From Alphaproteobacteria bacterium (GTDB taxonomy: Bacteria > Pseudomonadota > Alphaproteobacteria > GCA-2731375), in the NCBI GenBank assembly GCA_965225945.1, contig CBDDBZ010000035.1, positions 160,001 to 224,000 on the forward strand: 64,000 bases of DNA, given 5' to 3'. The notes beneath the pieces are model-generated. The model worked only from the letters and a program-made list of their open reading frames with translations. It did no database searches and was not told the DNA's origin. This document shows positions 50,204-60,163 of the stretch, piece after piece. The translations under genes and the position numbers were made by a program. Numbering within the stretch: the stretch's first letter is position 1; every line of letters starts with the position of its first letter.

Positions 50204-51742
50204 TCAGAGGCGCAGTTGGGGGATTAGTTGCATCGGATCGGGATGCACCAGGGTCTGGAGGACGTTCCAGCCTTGCTTTCGGGCGGTGGCGATGACGGCA
50301 CGCATTCTGGCGAAGTTGTAGGCACCCCTCTCGGAGCGGAAGCCACCGGAGATCTTCTGGCGCAGCTTGGCCATTCGGAGGTCACGTTCGGCCTCATTGT
50401 TCGTAAACGGCGTGCGCGGGTCGGTGAGGAATCGCAGGCATCCCTCCTTGTGCTTGCGGAGGCGGAGCGCGAGGTTATGACCGATGCGGCGTTTCTTTCG
50501 TCCGCGCTTGCCGGTCCGGAGCGGCGGCTGCGCCTCGTGGAAGGCGATGGCGTGGTCGAGGATGCGGGCCCAGGCCCGCGAGATCCGGGCCACCAGGGAG
50601 GCGGGCACGTCGCGGCCGTTCTCACGGGAGAAGCGGGTAGCCCTGTGTGCGCGCTCAAGGAGGCGGTGCATGCTCTTTGCCCAGTCTTCCTTCTCGATGT
50701 CGATCAGGGCCTGGAGTTCGCGCAGGTGATGGGCGTTGCAGGCGCCGTGGCGCACGCCCTTGAGGGTGAAGTAGGCGGCGTAATCGTCATGGATGAGGAT
50801 GCCTTCGAGGTCCTTTTCGACATCGCCGCGTCCCGCGCCGATGCGCAGGACGGTCAGGAATGGGGTGCACAGCACGTGGAGCCAGCGGGTACGGGCGGCG
50901 ATCCGCAGGCCGGTTTCGTCGAGGTGCTTGACCGGGACCGCTGTGCGGATCACGTCTGCGACATGGGCGAGGAAGGGCTCGAAGCGCCTGGCGATTCGCC
51001 GGCCCATGGCGGTGATCGTGGCTGTGGAGATGGACACTGCGAAGAGGTCGCTCATGAGTTCGGCCAAGCGCTTCTCGGGAACGAACTGGGCGTACAGCAG
51101 GTAGCTCACCCAGGCGGTGATGCGTGGCCCGTACTGGACCGGGGCGGTCACGCCGTCCGGGAAGACGGCTCCTGTCACGGTGGCGCAGGCGCCGCAGAGG
51201 CAGCGATGGGCGCGGTGTTCGGTGACCTCCAGGGGGCGTGGCTCGGGCACATCGAAGACCTGTCGACAGACGGGCGCGCGGTGACGGTCGGCGTCCGACA
51301 GCGGTGCGCCGCAGCCCGAACAGGCGGAGGGGTCATGATCCACAACATGGTCCGGGCTCTCGGTCCGCGCCAGCGTCGTTCCCTTGTGGCCCGGCTGGCC
51401 GCCGCTTGGCCTGCCGGACTTGCCGCGCTGGCTTCGGGTGCGCCTCTGGGTTCCGCTCTTCTTGCGCAGGCCGTCGCTGGCGGGCGGCTTGCTGCTGGTG
51501 GTGCTGTCAAGCGCCGCGCTCCGCTCGAGCTCGGCGATGCGGTCCCGCAGGGTCGCGTTCTCCCGCTCGAGCGCGGCATTCTCCCGGACGAGCGCCGTGG
51601 CCAGGCGCAACAGCCCCTGGCCCCATTCCCGGAAGGCCTTGACGACTGTGATTGCGAAGGATGAGGGGTCAAGAAGATCTTGCAGGCACGCGAAGGCCTC
51701 GTCATGGGCGGCGAGGTCCTCGTGCCAGCGCGACAGCGTCAC
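50204..51742 (-). CDS. IS66 transposase TnpC (ISBst12-like single-ORF type)
   Basis: SSKPPASD, GGQPGHKG, CxxC zinc finger, HLDETG, CNAHHLREL and TNNEAERDLR motifs. Confidence 0.94.
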   Translation of the reverse strand: MTLSRWHEDLAAHDEAFACLQDLLDPSSFAITVVKAFREWGQGLLRLATALVRENAALERENATLRDRIAELERSAALDSTTSSKPPASDGLRKKSGTQRRTRSQRGKSGRPSGGQPGHKGTTLARTESPDHVVDHDPSACSGCGAPLSDADRHRAPVCRQVFDVPEPRPLEVTEHRAHRCLCGACATVTGAVFPDGVTAPVQYGPRITAWVSYLLYAQFVPEKRLAELMSDLFAVSISTATITAMGRRIARRFEPFLAHVADVIRTAVPVKHLDETGLRIAARTRWLHVLCTPFLTVLRIGAGRGDVEKDLEGILIHDDYAAYFTLKGVRHGACNAHHLRELQALIDIEKEDWAKSMHRLLERAHRATRFSRENGRDVPASLVARISRAWARILDHAIAFHEAQPPLRTGKRGRKKRRIGHNLALRLRKHKEGCLRFLTDPRTPFTNNEAERDLRMAKLRQKISGGFRSERGAYNFARMRAVIATARKQGWNVLQTLVHPDPMQLIPQLRL

Positions 51743-52404
51743 GGGTCCTCGGCATCGACGGCCATCATGGCGGCCAGCACCGCGAGGCGTTCGCCCGCCG
51801 GCAAGGCCTTGTAACGCCGGCCCCAGTTGGCCGCCTTACGCTTGATGCGCTGGCGGTCGGTGAAGTTCCGGCCTGCGTAGCTCGCCCAATGCACCCGGTC
51901 GGGCGCGAAGTTGAACCACACGACCTCGGTCCGCACCTGGGCCTGGGTCGTCACCTGCAGCGCCAGACTGCGCCAGCCCGCCAGCATCTCGTCATAGAGC
52001 GCCGAGGGATGGCCCGAGACCATCACCTGGCAGGGCAGATCCTTGAGCAGGTCCAGGAGCGCGACATGGTCGACCTCCTCGTAGTCGAAGCGATAGCGCC
52101 GTGCCGAACGGCGGGTCGCGTGCAGATAGGGGGGATCGCTGTAGACCAGCTCCGGGCCCAGAAACGGGAACGAGGCCAAAAAGGCATGGGCACAGCCATG
52201 CACCAACTCGACCGGGTAGTCACAGGCAAAGGCCTCGAGCGCCTGCGCATCGCGGTCGATGCCGATCGAGCGCACGCCCGTTGGCTTGCGCTTCATCAGC
52301 GCACCGCCCCCCAGGTGGCTCTCGATGTAAACGCTGTGCGGCGGCATCAGCGCAATCAGCGCCTGGCACAGACCGCTCGTCGCCTTCGACCCAAAATATT
52401 CCAC
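51739..52404 (-). CDS. Small Dam/D12-class N6-adenine DNA methyltransferase
   Basis: YFGSK, YIESHLGGGA (motif I), VYSDPPY (motif IV) and RTEVVWFN; GTGA overlap with the transposase. Confidence 0.85.
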   Translation of the reverse strand: MEYFGSKATSGLCQALIALMPPHSVYIESHLGGGALMKRKPTGVRSIGIDRDAQALEAFACDYPVELVHGCAHAFLASFPFLGPELVYSDPPYLHATRRSARRYRFDYEEVDHVALLDLLKDLPCQVMVSGHPSALYDEMLAGWRSLALQVTTQAQVRTEVVWFNFAPDRVHWASYAGRNFTDRQRIKRKAANWGRRYKALPAGERLAVLAAMMAVDAEDP

Positions 52405-52432
52405 GCGCCGCTCCCGTCACACGAGAGCGCAA

Positions 52433-52461
52433 CCCATAGACGCCCGATTCTATGGAGTCAA
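52433..52461 (-). promoter_or_regulatory. IS-internal promoter with a palindrome in the spacer
   Basis: TTGACT-N17-TATGGG, overlapped by CCATAGA-N8-TCTATGG. Confidence 0.5.
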
Positions 52462-52637
52462 GAGACGATCAACGACGCGGCGGCGGAAACCCGGCCCCGG
52501 CGACCACCTACATCATCCTCTCGCGGTCAGGAGCGGGGTACCTGGGTAGTTACATATTTTCTAGCCTGTATGAAGCCGATCGGTAAGGTGAAGCCCGATG
52601 TTTCTGCGGGTTCGAGCCGGAATGTAAGGAAAAGTAA

Positions 52638-52744
52638 CTTTCCTTATCTTCCGGCAATGTCTGTTTTCCCAGGACTTCGTCTGATGTAGCCTCATGTGCG
52701 GACGTTCCATTAGGGAGTGCTAAACGGAGATTCATGACCCATTT
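52638..52744 (+). repeat. 107-bp direct repeat (second copy 59866-59972)
   Basis: ctttccttatcttccggca...catgacccattt, 2 mismatches between the copies. Confidence 0.92.
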
Positions 52745-54261
52745 GTCACATTCGACAGAATGGTGGAGCCGCACTTGCCGCCGTGCTAAACTCTCGCCTT
52801 GGAGGTTGGGGAGCGCGCATGGCGGAGGGGGAAGTTACCCGCAGGCTAACGACAATTGTGGCAGCTGATGTTGCCGGCTATAGCCGATTGACCGGAGTCG
52901 ACGAGGAAGCAACGCTCGCCTCCCTTCGTGCTCATCGGATCGAACTTATCGACCCCAAAATTGCCGAGTACAAAGGCCGCATTGCCAACACCGCCGGCGA
53001 TAGCCTGTTGATCGAGTTTCCGAGTGTGGTCGAAGCCTTGCGTTGTGTCATCGATATCCAACGCGGCATAGCGGTACGCAATGCTGAGATTCCAGGTAAC
53101 TGCCCAGGTACATGGTGGCCTTTTAGGCGGCGTGGAGACGCTCGATCAGGGTTTCGGGATTTTCCATGAGCGCCTGGATGATGTTCCAGCCCTGTTTTCT
53201 GGCGGTCGAGATGAAGCCGCGGACGGTGGCAAAGTCTTCGGCGCCTTTCTGGCTGCGGAAGCCGCCGGAGATTTTCTGCTTGACCTTCATCATGCGCCCG
53301 TCCTGCTCGGCCTGATTGTTGGTGAACGGCACGGCGAAATTGATGAGGAAGCGCAGCGCGTCTTCCTTGTGTGTCTGAAGGCGCCGGAGAAGGTTGTGCC
53401 CGGTGCGGCGCGGCTTGCTTCCCCGGCGCTTGGCCTTGCTCGATCTGGGCGCAAGAGGAGGTTGTGCCTCGTGAAAGGCGATGCCCTCGGCCGTGATCGC
53501 GTCGTAACACCCTCGGAAGCGCTCGACGAGGCCTGGTTTCAGCGCCACGCCCCGCTCCCGGGCGAGATTTACCGCGTGGCAGGCGCGGCGCAATAGTCTC
53601 TGCATCTTGCGTGCCCAGCCCTCCTTCTCGATCTCGATCAGGGCTTGCAACTCGCGCAGGTGATGGGCGTTGCACAGCGCGTGCCGTACGCCCTCCATCG
53701 TAAAGTACGGCTTCCAGTGGTCATGGACGACGATGCCGCCGACTCCGCCGAGCAGGCTGCCGCGTCGCTCCGAGACCCGATAGAAGGTCAACCGCGCGGT
53801 CGAGGCGACGTGCAACCATTGGGTCCGCCCGGCGATCCGCAAGCCGGTCTCGTCCATGTGCTTGACCGGCGCCGATTTCACCAGTTCGCGGATCACATCG
53901 ACGACGCCTTGGACGGACTCGGCGCTGTTCCCGCCCATCCGCGCGAGGCTCGCCGGAGACAGTTCCGCCCCGAACAGATCCTTCATCAATTCAGCCAGGC
54001 GGTCCTCGGGCAGGAGTTGGTAGTGCGACAGGTAGACCACCATGGCTCCGATCCGAGCGCCGTATTGAACCGGGCCGGTGATGGCGACGGGAAAAGAAGC
54101 CCGAGTGTACGTGCCGCAATGCCCGCAACGGCAGCGATGCGCCCGATGCTCCGTGACCACCAGGGGCCGGGGCTCGGGTAGATCGAAAACCTGGCGGGCC
54201 CCATGGCCGGTAGCCATATCCGGCGTCAATCCCGAACCACACCACTGGCACGTCTCGGGAT

Positions 54262-55339
54262 CGTCCCTATCCGGTTAAGGCAGGCAGCGCTCCCTGCGAT
54301 TGTATACCGTCGACCAGTTCCCTTTAGGTGATGGTCGGTCGGGTCATGGCGCGGTGCAACACGAAATCGGCAAGGTCGAAGATGCGTTTGCGCCGGTTGA
54401 AGCGGTAGTTCCATTCCCGGACGTAGCGCGGCAAATGCTTGGCGCTCACCCCGTGGTAGGTTCCGTTGAGCCACGTCTTCACGTTGGAAAACAGGACATG
54501 GACGACCGGCATGAGCTGCTCGGCGTTCTTGCCTTGGCCTTGAACGACGGGCTGGTGGCGATAAGTATCGCCAAGCTTGGCGTAACTCTTGAAAGCGTCG
54601 CTGTCGAGGCGGCTTCCCGGCTTCACCGAGGCGCGCACGAAGTCGCCCAACTCACGGGCGGTGGCCTCGGGCAGGATGGCGAGCCGCGCGGCGCCGGCGG
54701 CGAAGCCGCTCCCCTTGATGCCCTTGCCCGACCCGACCGGCCACTTCTCGACCGCCATCACCAACAGGCTCTTGTTCGGGTTGGAAAGCCCGCGCCCCCG
54801 GCTCTCCGGCTTGCCCCGCCCGCCGTAATAGCTCTCGTCGACCTCGACCAAGCCCTCCAGCGGGAACTCCGGGCGCTCCGTCAGGGCATGGCGCAGCTTG
54901 TGGGCCATCAGCCAGGCGGTGTCGTAGCGCAGGCTCAACTCTCGCGACAGAAACAGCGCCGAGACCCCGCGCTTGTCGCGCCCCATCCACCACGCCGCCA
55001 GGAACCATTTGCGCAACGGTGTGCGGGTGCGGTGGAAGACCGTGCCCGCGGTCACCGATTCCTGATGGCCGCAACCGGCGCATTCGAAGACCCGCGGCCG
55101 CGTCTTCAATTGGTAGTTCCGCCTCTCGCCGCAACGCGCGCAGACGTAGCCTTGCGGCCAGCGCAGCCGAGCCAGCGCCTCGATGCAGTCCGCCTCCGAT
55201 CCATGGCGTTCGAGGAACTCCAATATCCCGCTCATCGAATAGTCCTCCAAAAGCTCCAGCCGATGCGATCAGCCTACACCTCTATGGAGAACATATCAAG
55301 AACATTCGGAGCCCATCCTGCTTTAACCAGATAGGGACG
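54262..55339 (-). mobile_element. IS1595-family insertion sequence, 1078 bp
   Basis: 23-bp TIR cgtccctatc(c/t)ggttaa(g/a)gcagg; 8-bp TSD ctcgggat at 54254-54261 and 55340-55347. Confidence 0.92.
54324..55250 (-). CDS. IS1595 transposase
   Basis: RWPQG, zinc ribbon, VEVDESY, YHGVSAKHL and YRFNRR motifs. Confidence 0.93.
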   Translation of the reverse strand: MEDYSMSGILEFLERHGSEADCIEALARLRWPQGYVCARCGERRNYQLKTRPRVFECAGCGHQESVTAGTVFHRTRTPLRKWFLAAWWMGRDKRGVSALFLSRELSLRYDTAWLMAHKLRHALTERPEFPLEGLVEVDESYYGGRGKPESRGRGLSNPNKSLLVMAVEKWPVGSGKGIKGSGFAAGAARLAILPEATARELGDFVRASVKPGSRLDSDAFKSYAKLGDTYRHQPVVQGQGKNAEQLMPVVHVLFSNVKTWLNGTYHGVSAKHLPRYVREWNYRFNRRKRIFDLADFVLHRAMTRPTIT

Positions 55340-57794
55340 CTCGGGATAATGGTCGACGGTGGCGTCGGGATCGGCGACTTGGCGCAGGGTCTCGCCCTTG
55401 TGGCCCTTTTGCCCGCCCGGCTTGCGGGCCGATTTCTTACGGAGGCTCCTGGTGCGCTTCTTTTTACCCGCCGGTGGCTTGTTCAATCCATCGCTCGACG
55501 GTGGCTTGCCGCTGTTCGTGCTGTTCAGGCCAAGCCGGCGCTCGAGTTCACCAAGCCGGAGTTCGAACTCGGCGAGCCGCGACCCTTGGGCCAGCACCAC
55601 ATCGATCAGCTCGTCTTTCGACAAAAAGGCAAGAACATCCCTATCCATCGAATCCTTAGAATCGACCAACCACCCTCTGTCAAACGAAATCTAGGCCGTC
55701 AGCGCCCCAAACCCACAAAATCTGCCCCCAGAGACCCAATCCGCAGCCTCATCGAAATCAGCTACCTGGGCAGTTACGATTCCAGAAGATCGGCGCGTTG
55801 AGTTTCGCGTCGGCATAAATCTCGGCGATGTCGTCGAACAGGATGGCGACCTGCTTGGTGACGGCGTCAATGTCGCGGCCCGGTTGGAAGGCTTGGCGGA
55901 ACCCGGTGGCGTCTGCCTCTCCCGGGCCGCGCGCGATCAGGTCCGCGACCGGGTGGATATTGAACTCGAAGACCTGGGCGAGGTCGAGGTCAAGAACATT
56001 GCGAGGCCGGTCAGGGTTTTCCGGGTTCTTGCCGAAGGCGAGATTGCACCGCAGCGACCAGCCGGCTCCGGAAAACAATGGCCGATCGCAGTCGCCGTGA
56101 TCATCGTCGCTGCAATTGTTGGTGTCGGGATTTGGTGGTGGTTGCCCTGGGTCGAGCGGGTGGCGCCAGCGCGGCCGGACCGGTATGCCCATATGCTGCC
56201 TGACAAACCTTCGATCGCCATCTTGCCATTTGAAAACCTCTCCAGCGACCCACAACAAGATTATTTTGCCGATGGGTTTACCGAGGACGTGATCACCAAC
56301 GTCGCGCAGTCCAAGGAAATCTTCGTCATCGCGCGCAATTCCACGTTTGCGTACAAGGGACGCGCGGTGAAGATACAGCAGGTCGCCGAGGAACTTGGGG
56401 TTCGTTACGTTCTCGAAGGGTCGGTGAGACGGATTGGCGAGAAGATGCGAATTACCGCGCAGTTGATCGACGCCACCAGCGGCACTCATGTTTGGGCGAA
56501 GCGATACGATGAACCGATCGGCAAGGTTTTCGATGTCCAAGACGAGCTGAGTCGAGAAATTGCCGGCACGCTTGTAACGAATATCCGCGCAGCCGATCTT
56601 GCCAAAGCGTCGCAAAAGCGCCCCAAGGACCTTACCGCATATGACTATGTACTTCAGGCTCGCGCCCGATGGGATGCGCCTGGGAAGGGCGCTAAAATGG
56701 AGGCGCGTGCGGTGGCCGAGCAAGCCATCGCCATCGATCCCAACTACGCGCCCGCCTACGCAATTCTCGGAACTACGTTTAACAGTGCCTACATAGTTCA
56801 ATGGGAAGGACCGGAAGCGCTCGATCGTGCCTATGAGGCGGCGCGCAAGGCCGTCGAGCTGGATCCGCTGTCATCGGCAGCTCACGAGGTGCTGGGGCGC
56901 GTACTTCTGCGACGCGAACAACATGCCGCTGCTGTTGACGCCATCGAGAGGTCGATAGCACTCAACCCGAACCGAGCGGATCACTATGCCAGTCTCGCCG
57001 ATGTGCTGACATTCGCCAACCGGCCGGGAGAAGCAATTGATTTTCTGAAAAAGGCAATGCGCCTCGATCCGTTTATCCTCCCCGCCATAATATGTACCTC
57101 GGCCGGGCCTATTATTTTTCAAAGCAGTACGATAAGGCCATGACAGAGCTCAAGACTTGCGCGGCGCGTGCGCCAAAGTTTCGTCCTTGCTACATGTTCC
57201 TGGCGCCGACCTACGTAGAGCTTAACCGGCAAGAAGATGCAAGGCACACTGTGGCAACGCTGCTCACAATCGCACCGAAGTTCTCAATCAGGAAATCCGT
57301 GAAAAATCACTTACCATTCGTTCCGGTGGCGATGAAATTTTACATTGACGGGCTTCGCAAGGCCGGCGTACCTGACCGTCCCCCGCTCATGCTACCCGAC
57401 TAACCCTCGATCGTGGTGCTGCCGTTCCAGAATATGTCTGGTGATCCGGAGCAGGCTTATATCGCCGACGGCATGGCCGAAGACATCATCACCGATCGTA
57501 ACTGCCCAGGTAGCTGATTTCGCTGGGGCTGGGGATTGGGGCTGTGGGGGCAGATTTTGTGGGTTTGAGGCTCTGGCGGCCTAGATGTCGTTTGACAAGA
57601 GGTGAAGGAACGATTCTAAGGATTCGATGGATAGGGATGCTCTTGCCTTTTTGTCGAAAGACGACCTGATCGATGTGGTGCTGGCCCAAGGGTTTCGGCT
57701 CGCCGAGCTCGAAGACCGGCTTGGTGAACTCGAGCGCCGGCTTGGCCTGAACAGCACGAACAGCGGCAAGCCGCCCTCCAGCGATGGATTGAAC

Positions 57795-58549
57795 CTTGCC
57801 TATCCGGTTATCACCCACACCCACTATATGTAGTGTGCACCCATTTTCCTGAGTAAAGCTCGGTGCAGGTCGAAGCGGAGATATCTCCGGCGATGCCGAG
57901 CAGGGACTCGGACGGCATTGTAGCGCCTTTTAGGCGACACTTTAGCGTGGTGGAAATCCTAATCATTGAGTCGGATTTGGCAAAACGCCACGTTGCATAA
58001 AGGACCGTCACTTCATTGAAATTTATCTGAAATCGGAGGTGAACGACACCGATGGAATATTCCAGGAAATCAGAGCTTCATTGAATTGTAGGATTCGAGT
58101 GCCGGATTATTCACAAATAGCTCTGTGAACTGGTTTTCAAGTTCGCTCAATACGTCATATGAAGTAAACGGATTGAGGATCACGTTCTTGCGTGTCGCTT
58201 CGTCTTCGCTGCGACTCAAAACGCGCAGGAGACTAACAGGCGCGGACGGGTTCTTCGCAACGATTCGTGCCAGCGCGTCGCTTTCTTCGACTAGTGCCGT
58301 CAATCGCTCAGACGATGTCGTTTCATCAGCAGCTTCCCGTCTGGCCGTGGGTTTCTTCGTTTTTCCCTTGGTCGCCACCGTTCCGTCCCCCGATGTTAAG
58401 TACGTGACGTGAATTAAACTCCGGTTCGGTTTTCAGAACAATCAAGAATTAGCCGGATCGCCTCCTCAATGCGCCTGCGCCGGCCCTTGCCTGCAGTCCA
58501 AGGAGACACACTACATATAGTGGGTGTGGGTGATAACCGGATAGGCAAG
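57795..58549. mobile_element. 755-bp transposase-less IS1595-type cassette with perfect 43-bp TIRs
   Basis: cttgcctatccggttatcacccacacccactatatgtagtgtg TIR; 8-bp TSD gattgaac at 57787-57794 and 58550-58557. Confidence 0.9.
58070..58378 (-). CDS. Passenger protein with LRV (leucine-rich repeat variant)-like repeats
   Basis: VAKNPSAP, VILNPFTS and FVNNPAL repeats; lower GC than the host. Confidence 0.6.
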   Translation of the reverse strand: MATKGKTKKPTARREAADETTSSERLTALVEESDALARIVAKNPSAPVSLLRVLSRSEDEATRKNVILNPFTSYDVLSELENQFTELFVNNPALESYNSMKL

Positions 58550-59865
58550 GATTGAACAAGCCGCCGGCGGGGAAGAAGAAGCGACGCACCGGGAGCCTTC
58601 GCGGGAAATCGGGCTGCAAGCCGGGCGGGCAGAAGGGCCACAAGGGCGAGACCCTGCGTCAGGTCGCCGATCCCGACGCCACCGTCGATCATTATCCCGA
58701 GACGTGCCGGCGGTGTGGTTCGGGATTGACGCCGGACATGGCCAGCGGCCATGGCGTGCGGCAGGATTTCGACCTGCCCAAGCCCCGGCCCCTGGTGGTC
58801 ACGGAGCATCGGGCGCATCGCTGCCGTTGCGGGCGTTGCGGCACGCAAACCCGAGCTTCCTTTCCCGACGGCGTCACCGGCCCGGTCCAGTACGGCGCTC
58901 GGATCGGAGCCATGGTGGTCTACCTGTCGCACTACCAGCTCCTGCCCGAGGATCGCCTGGCTGAATTGATGAAGGACCTGTTCGGGGCGGAACTGTCTCC
59001 GGCGAGCATCGCGCGGATGGGCCGGAATAGCGCCGGGGCCGTCCGAGGCGTCGTCGATGTGATCCGCGAGTTGGTGAAATCGGCGCCGGTCAAGCACATG
59101 GACGAGACCGGGTTCCGGGTTGGTGGACGGGGTCAATGGTTGCACGTCGCCTCGACGGCCCTGTTGACCTTCTACCGGGTCTCGGAGCGACGTGGCGGCC
59201 TGCTTGCCGGCGTCGGCGGCATCGTCGTCCACGACCACTGGAAGCCGTACTTCACGATGGAGGGCGTGCGGCACGCACTGTGCAACGCCCATCACCTGCG
59301 CGAGCTACAAGCCCTGATCGAGATCGAGAAGGAGGGCTGGGCGGGCAAGATGCAGAGGCTATTGCGCCGCGCCTGCCACGCGGTAAATCTCGCCCGGGAG
59401 CGGGGGGTGGTGCTGAAGCCGAGCCTCATCGAGCGTTTTCGACGTTGTTGGGACGTCATCACGGCCGAGGGCATCGCCTTTCACGAGGCCCAACCTCCTC
59501 TTGCGCTCAAACCGGCCGAGGGCAAGGCCAAGCGCCGGGGACGCAAGCCGCGCCGCACCGGGCATAACCTTCTGCTACGCCTTCAGGCTCATAAGGAAGA
59601 TGCGCTGCGCTTCCTCACCGATTTCGCCGTGCCGTTCACCAACAATCAGGCCGAGCAGGACGGGCGCATGATGAAGGTCAAGCAGAAAATCTCGGGCGGC
59701 TTCCGCAGCCAGAAGGGCGCCGAAGACTTCGCCACCGTCCGCGGCTTCATCTCGACCGCCAGAAAACAGGGCTGGAACATCATCCAGGCGCTCATGGAAA
59801 ATCCCGAAACCCTGATCGAGCGTCTCCACGCCGCCTAAAAGGCCACCATGTACCTGGGCAGTTAC

Positions 59866-59972
59866 CTTTCCTTATCTTCCGGCACTGTCTGTTTTCCCAG
59901 GACTTCGTCTGATGTAGCCTCATGTGCGGACGTTCCATTAGGGAGTGCTGAACGGAGATTCATGACCCATTT
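59866..59972 (+). repeat. 107-bp direct repeat copy 2
   Basis: Matches 52638-52744. Confidence 0.92.
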
Positions 59973-60163
59973 TCACCGTTGGTGCCCGTGGTAAAGGGAT
60001 GGATACGACCACGCTAAAATGTTGATCCGCTAGGGTCGGAGAACAGGCACTCAGCGTCAAGATCATCCCGCAACCTGATCACCGCCCCTACCGCCGGCCT
60101 CCTCAATCCCAAATCACCAGAATTGAACTTCTACTTCGAGGCACTGGCGCGGCTTTCGCGGCG

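Larger units (their letters stand above)
50123..52553 (-). mobile_element. IS66-family element (2431 bp) carrying a DNA adenine methyltransferase
   Basis: Perfect 14-bp TIR GTAACTACCCAGGT; 8-bp TSD atattttc at 50115-50122 and 52554-52561. Confidence 0.93.
53096..55777 (-). mobile_element. IS66-family element; transposase (55648-53123) interrupted by IS1595
   Basis: TIR GTAACTGCCCAGGTA; 8-bp TSD gattccag at 53088-53095 and 55778-55785. Confidence 0.93.
52819..57497 (+). pseudogene. Class III adenylate/guanylate cyclase-TM-TolB-TPR gene, broken by IS66, a frameshift and a stop
   Basis: AADVAGYSRL/NTAGDS before 53095 continues as FRVGINLGD...GVNVAARLE after 55785; frameshift near 57072; TAA 57401-57403 precedes a second PSIVVLPF domain cut at 57498. 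Confidence 0.88.
57498..59865 (+). mobile_element. IS66-family element; transposase (57627-59838) interrupted by a cassette
   Basis: TIR GTAACTGCCCAGGTA at both ends; flanks differ (no TSD); close paralog of 53096-55777 in inverted orientation. Confidence 0.9.

Noticed and set aside
51739-52404. Restriction-modification system
   Set aside because: No endonuclease or specificity gene lies nearby; the MTase is inside the IS boundaries
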